From assembly GCA_964016885.1 (NCBI GenBank), contig OZ024741.1, forward strand, positions 141,298,001 to 141,362,000: a stretch of DNA of 64,000 bases. The letters are read 5' to 3'. Below the pieces are notes generated by a model. It saw only the letters and a program-made list of their open reading frames with translations. It was not told the origin of the DNA and ran no database searches. Both the position numbers and the translations under genes were made by a program. Shown piece by piece: positions 60,128 to 64,000 of this stretch; position 1 is the stretch's first letter, and each line of letters opens with the position of its first letter. This stretch comes from Eledone cirrhosa. Its lineage: Eukaryota.

Positions 60128-60905
60128 GCACAAGATCAGTGTCTGCCAACAAAAAATTACCAAGCCAACATAAAAAAAATGGATGCAGCCCATTATGCCG
60201 TGTATGCAAAAAACAACCAGAGACCATTGACCATATAATTTCAATGTGCAGTCCTATAGCTCCAACCGAATACCTAAACAGGCATGACAGAGCTGCACAA
60301 TACATACATTGGATAATGTGTAAGCATTTTGACCTGCCCCATCAAAAGAATTGGTGGGAGCATCAACCACCTCCCATACTTGAAAAAGATCACAGCTCAA
60401 TCTTGTGGAACTTTAGCATCCAAACAGACCGAAAAATAGATGCAAATAGACCTGATATAATATTGAAGGACTTTAAAAAGAGGGTATGCCTGCTAATTGA
60501 TATGTCTGTTCCAATAGACAAGAATGTATCTATAAAAACATTTGAAAAATTGAGCAAGTATAAGGACCTGGAGATAGAAATTGGAAAAATGTGGAAATTG
60601 AGAACTAAAACAATACCAGTGGTTGTAGGCGCTCTGGGAATGACACCTAAGGGGTCTAATGATTACTTATCGCAAATCCCAGGAAACCCACGTATAGGAG
60701 AAATACAAAAGATAGTACTAATGGGAACTGCCCATATACTAAGGAAGATTCTGTCAATATAAGTACATCACAAGTCTAAACACTAAAGATGCATGTGTGA
60801 ATATGTATGTTCTTTCTTGAACATGGCGGACCTTGTTGTCTCTTGAGGTCACTGGTTGTGACTTGGTGATAACTCGTATGAACATAAAGCAAGATAAATG
60901 CAACT

Positions 60906-60906
<1 letters not shown>
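60128..60906 (+). mobile_element. Shorter 5'-truncated copy of R4/Dong family 2
   Basis: Near-identical to 59274-60053, with a 1-bp deletion near 60175. Confidence 0.92.
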
Positions 60907-60974
<68 letters not shown>

Positions 60975-60976
<2 letters not shown>

Positions 60977-61510
60977 CCACTGGCACCTGTGCAAAGTAAA
61001 CAATTTACCACATTCTGAGAAATGGTATGAGCATAGGCCGGAGGCGGTGATGGAGAACAATCAGGTGAAGGTGCTGTGGGATTTTAGGATACAGACGGAC
61101 AAGAAACTGGAACACAATAGACCTGACCTGGTGGTTGTGGACAAAGAAAAAAGATCGTGTCTGATTGTGGATGTGGCCTGCCCGTTCGACACGAGAGTGC
61201 AAGAGAAGGAGAGGGAGAAAATTAACCGATACCAGGACCTAAAGTGGGAGGTGAAAAGGATTTGGAACTGCCATGAGTCAAAGTGATCCCGATTGTCATA
61301 GGCGCACTGGGGACTATCTCCAAAAGTTTCCAGGGATGGTTAAAGAAAATCGGCCCCTTCACGCTTTTTGGAACGCTTCAAAAGGCATGCTTGCTTGGAA
61401 CAGCAAGAACCCTCCGATACGTCCTGAATATCTGAGGCTGCAGGTAGTGGCTTGATATTCATTCCAACGGACTTTCCAGTTAACCAACATCAATGACTGA
61501 GATTCAAGGA
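60975..61510 (+). mobile_element. Short 5'-truncated copy of R4/Dong family 1
   Basis: Near-identical to 57875-58410, with a 1-bp deletion at about 61276; followed by (AAT)n then (AAG)n. Confidence 0.92.
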
Positions 61511-61518
61511 ATAACAAC

Positions 61519-61562
<44 letters not shown>

Positions 61563-61845
61563 GAAGAAGAAGAAGAAGAAGAAGACAAGGCCGATTTGTT
61601 AAGCCTTCATTACGTTTATTCATTCTTTCGTTATAACAGCAGAGGTCCCACGAGCTTCTGATTCCAGAGTCGCGCCAGATCGATACAGATTGAACGTGCG
61701 TCACCAATCAATAATCGTAATGAAGGCTTAACAAGTCGTCCTTGTATTATTATATTACACTCTGTTTGGCTCTATATCTCACCACGTGAACCTAAACATC
61801 GAGTACTCACCTGGCTGCATCTAGAGGAACTTGACGTTACAATCC

Positions 61846-61906
<61 letters not shown>

Positions 61907-61922
61907 AATATATATATATATA

Positions 61923-62606
61923 TATTAAAAAGTGAGGTTTTTTTTACAAAATGAAAAATAACCGAGGTGTCCTACACGAGTGAAAGTATAAAGAAAAAGA
62001 GATGAAATCGAAAATGCAACTGGAGTCTTATTTTTTTTTAAAATATATATATATTTATTTGGTTCCTTTACCGGTTTCGCAGTTCTTCTGCTTTTCAAAA
62101 GGTGAGTTGAGATGGAGGGTCTGTGGATTTTCTCACATCTGGTTGGTCTCTGAATGTTACTTGTTTTATATGGAAAAAGTGGCTCGAAATGCCAGGTTTT
62201 TCGAGAAGTAATTTGATTGGTTTGTCAATAATTAATATAAATTTCACGCCAGTTCGCGTTACAATAGTTCTTCAAATAAGAGAGGGGGTTTGTCACAGGT
62301 TGTTTTTACATATATGAGTGTTTGAATTTCTTTTTACTTGAAAAAAGGAGGCTCACGAAGGCTTTTTTTGGTTGGTTATAAATGAAATTTGGCTGTCACG
62401 TGAACAAGTTTGCATTACATTTTTGTGCCCTTATTTGGAAAACTATTCTGTAGTCTTTATAGTGAATGTTATGACAATGGAGAGATAGTGGTCAAGAGAA
62501 AAGGGATTGGGAGAATTGTTCTAGTTCAGTGAATATGGCCAGCTCGCCGGGGTGTCAGAGTTCAGATTTTCTATTGAAGTGAAGATATGTATGTTTATTT
62601 GTGTGC

Positions 62607-62649
<43 letters not shown>

Positions 62650-64000
62650 TATTGGAAGATGATTCTATTAGTAGAGATGGGGGAGGGAGTTGTGTGTGTG
62701 TGTATATGGGTGTTATGTGTGTGTGTGCGAGTATGTTAAGATGGAGAGAATATATATTTTGTGTGTGTGTATATATATATGTGTGTAGGAAAGTGGTTCT
62801 ATTAGTAGAAATGGGGAGGGAGTTGTAGGTGTGGGGGTTGTTATGTGTGTGTATGGGTGTTATGTGTGTGGGAGTATGGTTAGCATGTTAAGATGAAGAG
62901 AATATATATATATATTGTGTGTGTGTGTATGTGTGTGTGTAGGAAAATGATTCCTTTAGTAGGAATATTTTTGAATGAACATATTTTCCTGACTTTTTCG
63001 TGTTTGCTGTTGTATTGCCAGTGCAAACGTATGTTTAAGGTTTATTTAGTTCGGGTTTTTATTTTCTAAAGTAGAAGGTGTTATGTGTGTGTGTGTATGT
63101 CATATTGTGGTGTTGACATAATGTATATTAAACCTTATTTAATGTTGGTCTATATTTTTGAATAAACATATTTTCCTTATTTATTCGCATTTGTTCTGTT
63201 GTATTGTTAGCGCAAAGGTAAAATGGGAAGACTTGGAATTTGGGTGTCTTATTACTTGCGCAAATGTCTAGATGTGCACTTAGTGGTATCTGTCTCGTGG
63301 TTGGATCTCGTAATTGTTGGCGATGAACTGTCATTCTGTTTCTGAGTGTGAGTTTAGTTTGTCCTATATAATCTTCATTGCATCATTTACATTTAATGGC
63401 ATAAATTAGATTTTTTGATGAGCAAGTGAAGTGATTTTTTACAGTAAAATTTTGTCCTGATTTAAATGTATACGTGTTGCCTTCAATGAGGTGAGTGCAG
63501 GTTCCACAATTAGAGCGACCACATTTTTTGATACTTGGTTGTGGGTTTGTGGTAGGTAATTTGGCATTGGTGAGTAATGTTTTCAGTGATTTTGGTTGTC
63601 TTTTGCTTTTGATTATTTTGTGTGTTTCAAGGGCTTTTTTCATTCTTGGGTTTTGTTTTAGTAGTGGGATGTTATTGTGAATAGTGTTGTAAGCTTCCGC
63701 ATTTCTTGGGTTGTGTGTTGAGATATATGATAGAATATTGGACGTACCTTGATTTTGTTTCTGTTTCCGTAATTCATCAATGCCTATTGCTTTAGCCCTT
63801 TCTATTCCATTATTTATTAGTAATAGTGGGTACTCTCTCTCGAGTAGAATTTCCTTTAATTCTTGAAGTCTTTTATTTCGCGTTTCATAATTGGAGACAA
63901 TTGTGCAAATTCTTCTTGCTAGGTTAAAAGGAATGTTCGTCTTCGTGTACTTTGGATGGTTGGAGGTGAAGAGCAGATATTGTTTGGAATCTGTTGGTTT
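61923..64000 (-). mobile_element. Neptune-like Penelope element 3' half, continues off right edge; hammerhead at 62066-62101
   Basis: KPTDSKQYLLFTSNHP (RT C-terminus), CGRSNCGTC linker, LIYAIKCK*CNEDYIGQT...RMTVH GIY-YIG with one in-frame stop at 63383-63385; ends in (TA)n. Confidence 0.92.

Noticed and set aside
60010-60762. 250-aa ORF with poly-Asn
   Set aside because: Chance read-through of a 3' UTR and (AAT)n into the next truncated Dong copy, put in frame by a 1-bp deletion.
53922-61584. Repeat-spacer appearance (CRISPR-like or telomeric array)
   Set aside because: The spacers are retrotransposon copies and the repeats are simple AAT; there are no cas genes or telomeric motif.

Overview
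AT-rich eukaryotic repeat landscape. I recognise no host protein-coding gene. The SINE-like repeats and (TA)n load recall, from memory, an Octopus/cephalopod genome; this is unverified. Retroelements: three APE/RT LINEs of the CR1/L2/Jockey group, a degraded RTE LINE, many Penelope-like element (PLE; RT + GIY-YIG) fragments, mostly abutting (TA)n tracts, and a head-to-tail array of five R4/Dong-type copies in an (AAT)n microsatellite, one with an intact 1130-aa ORF. Other repeats: an internally deleted mariner, a Tc1/mariner-type MITE, tRNA-derived SINEs and a solitary tRNA-like sequence. The main hidden signal is RNA structure. By hand I find about 15-20 minimal type-I hammerhead ribozyme motifs in several families; some show compensatory base changes and core variants (U3-A8, U4C, long stem II inserts). 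One non-coding 1.33-kb element (42497-43826) carries two intact hammerheads in 332-bp direct repeats 998 nt apart, a retrozyme-like architecture. Many short PLE ends form fold-back inverted repeats, and several of these break at or near the hammerhead. Most ORFs in the supplied track are microsatellite artefacts.
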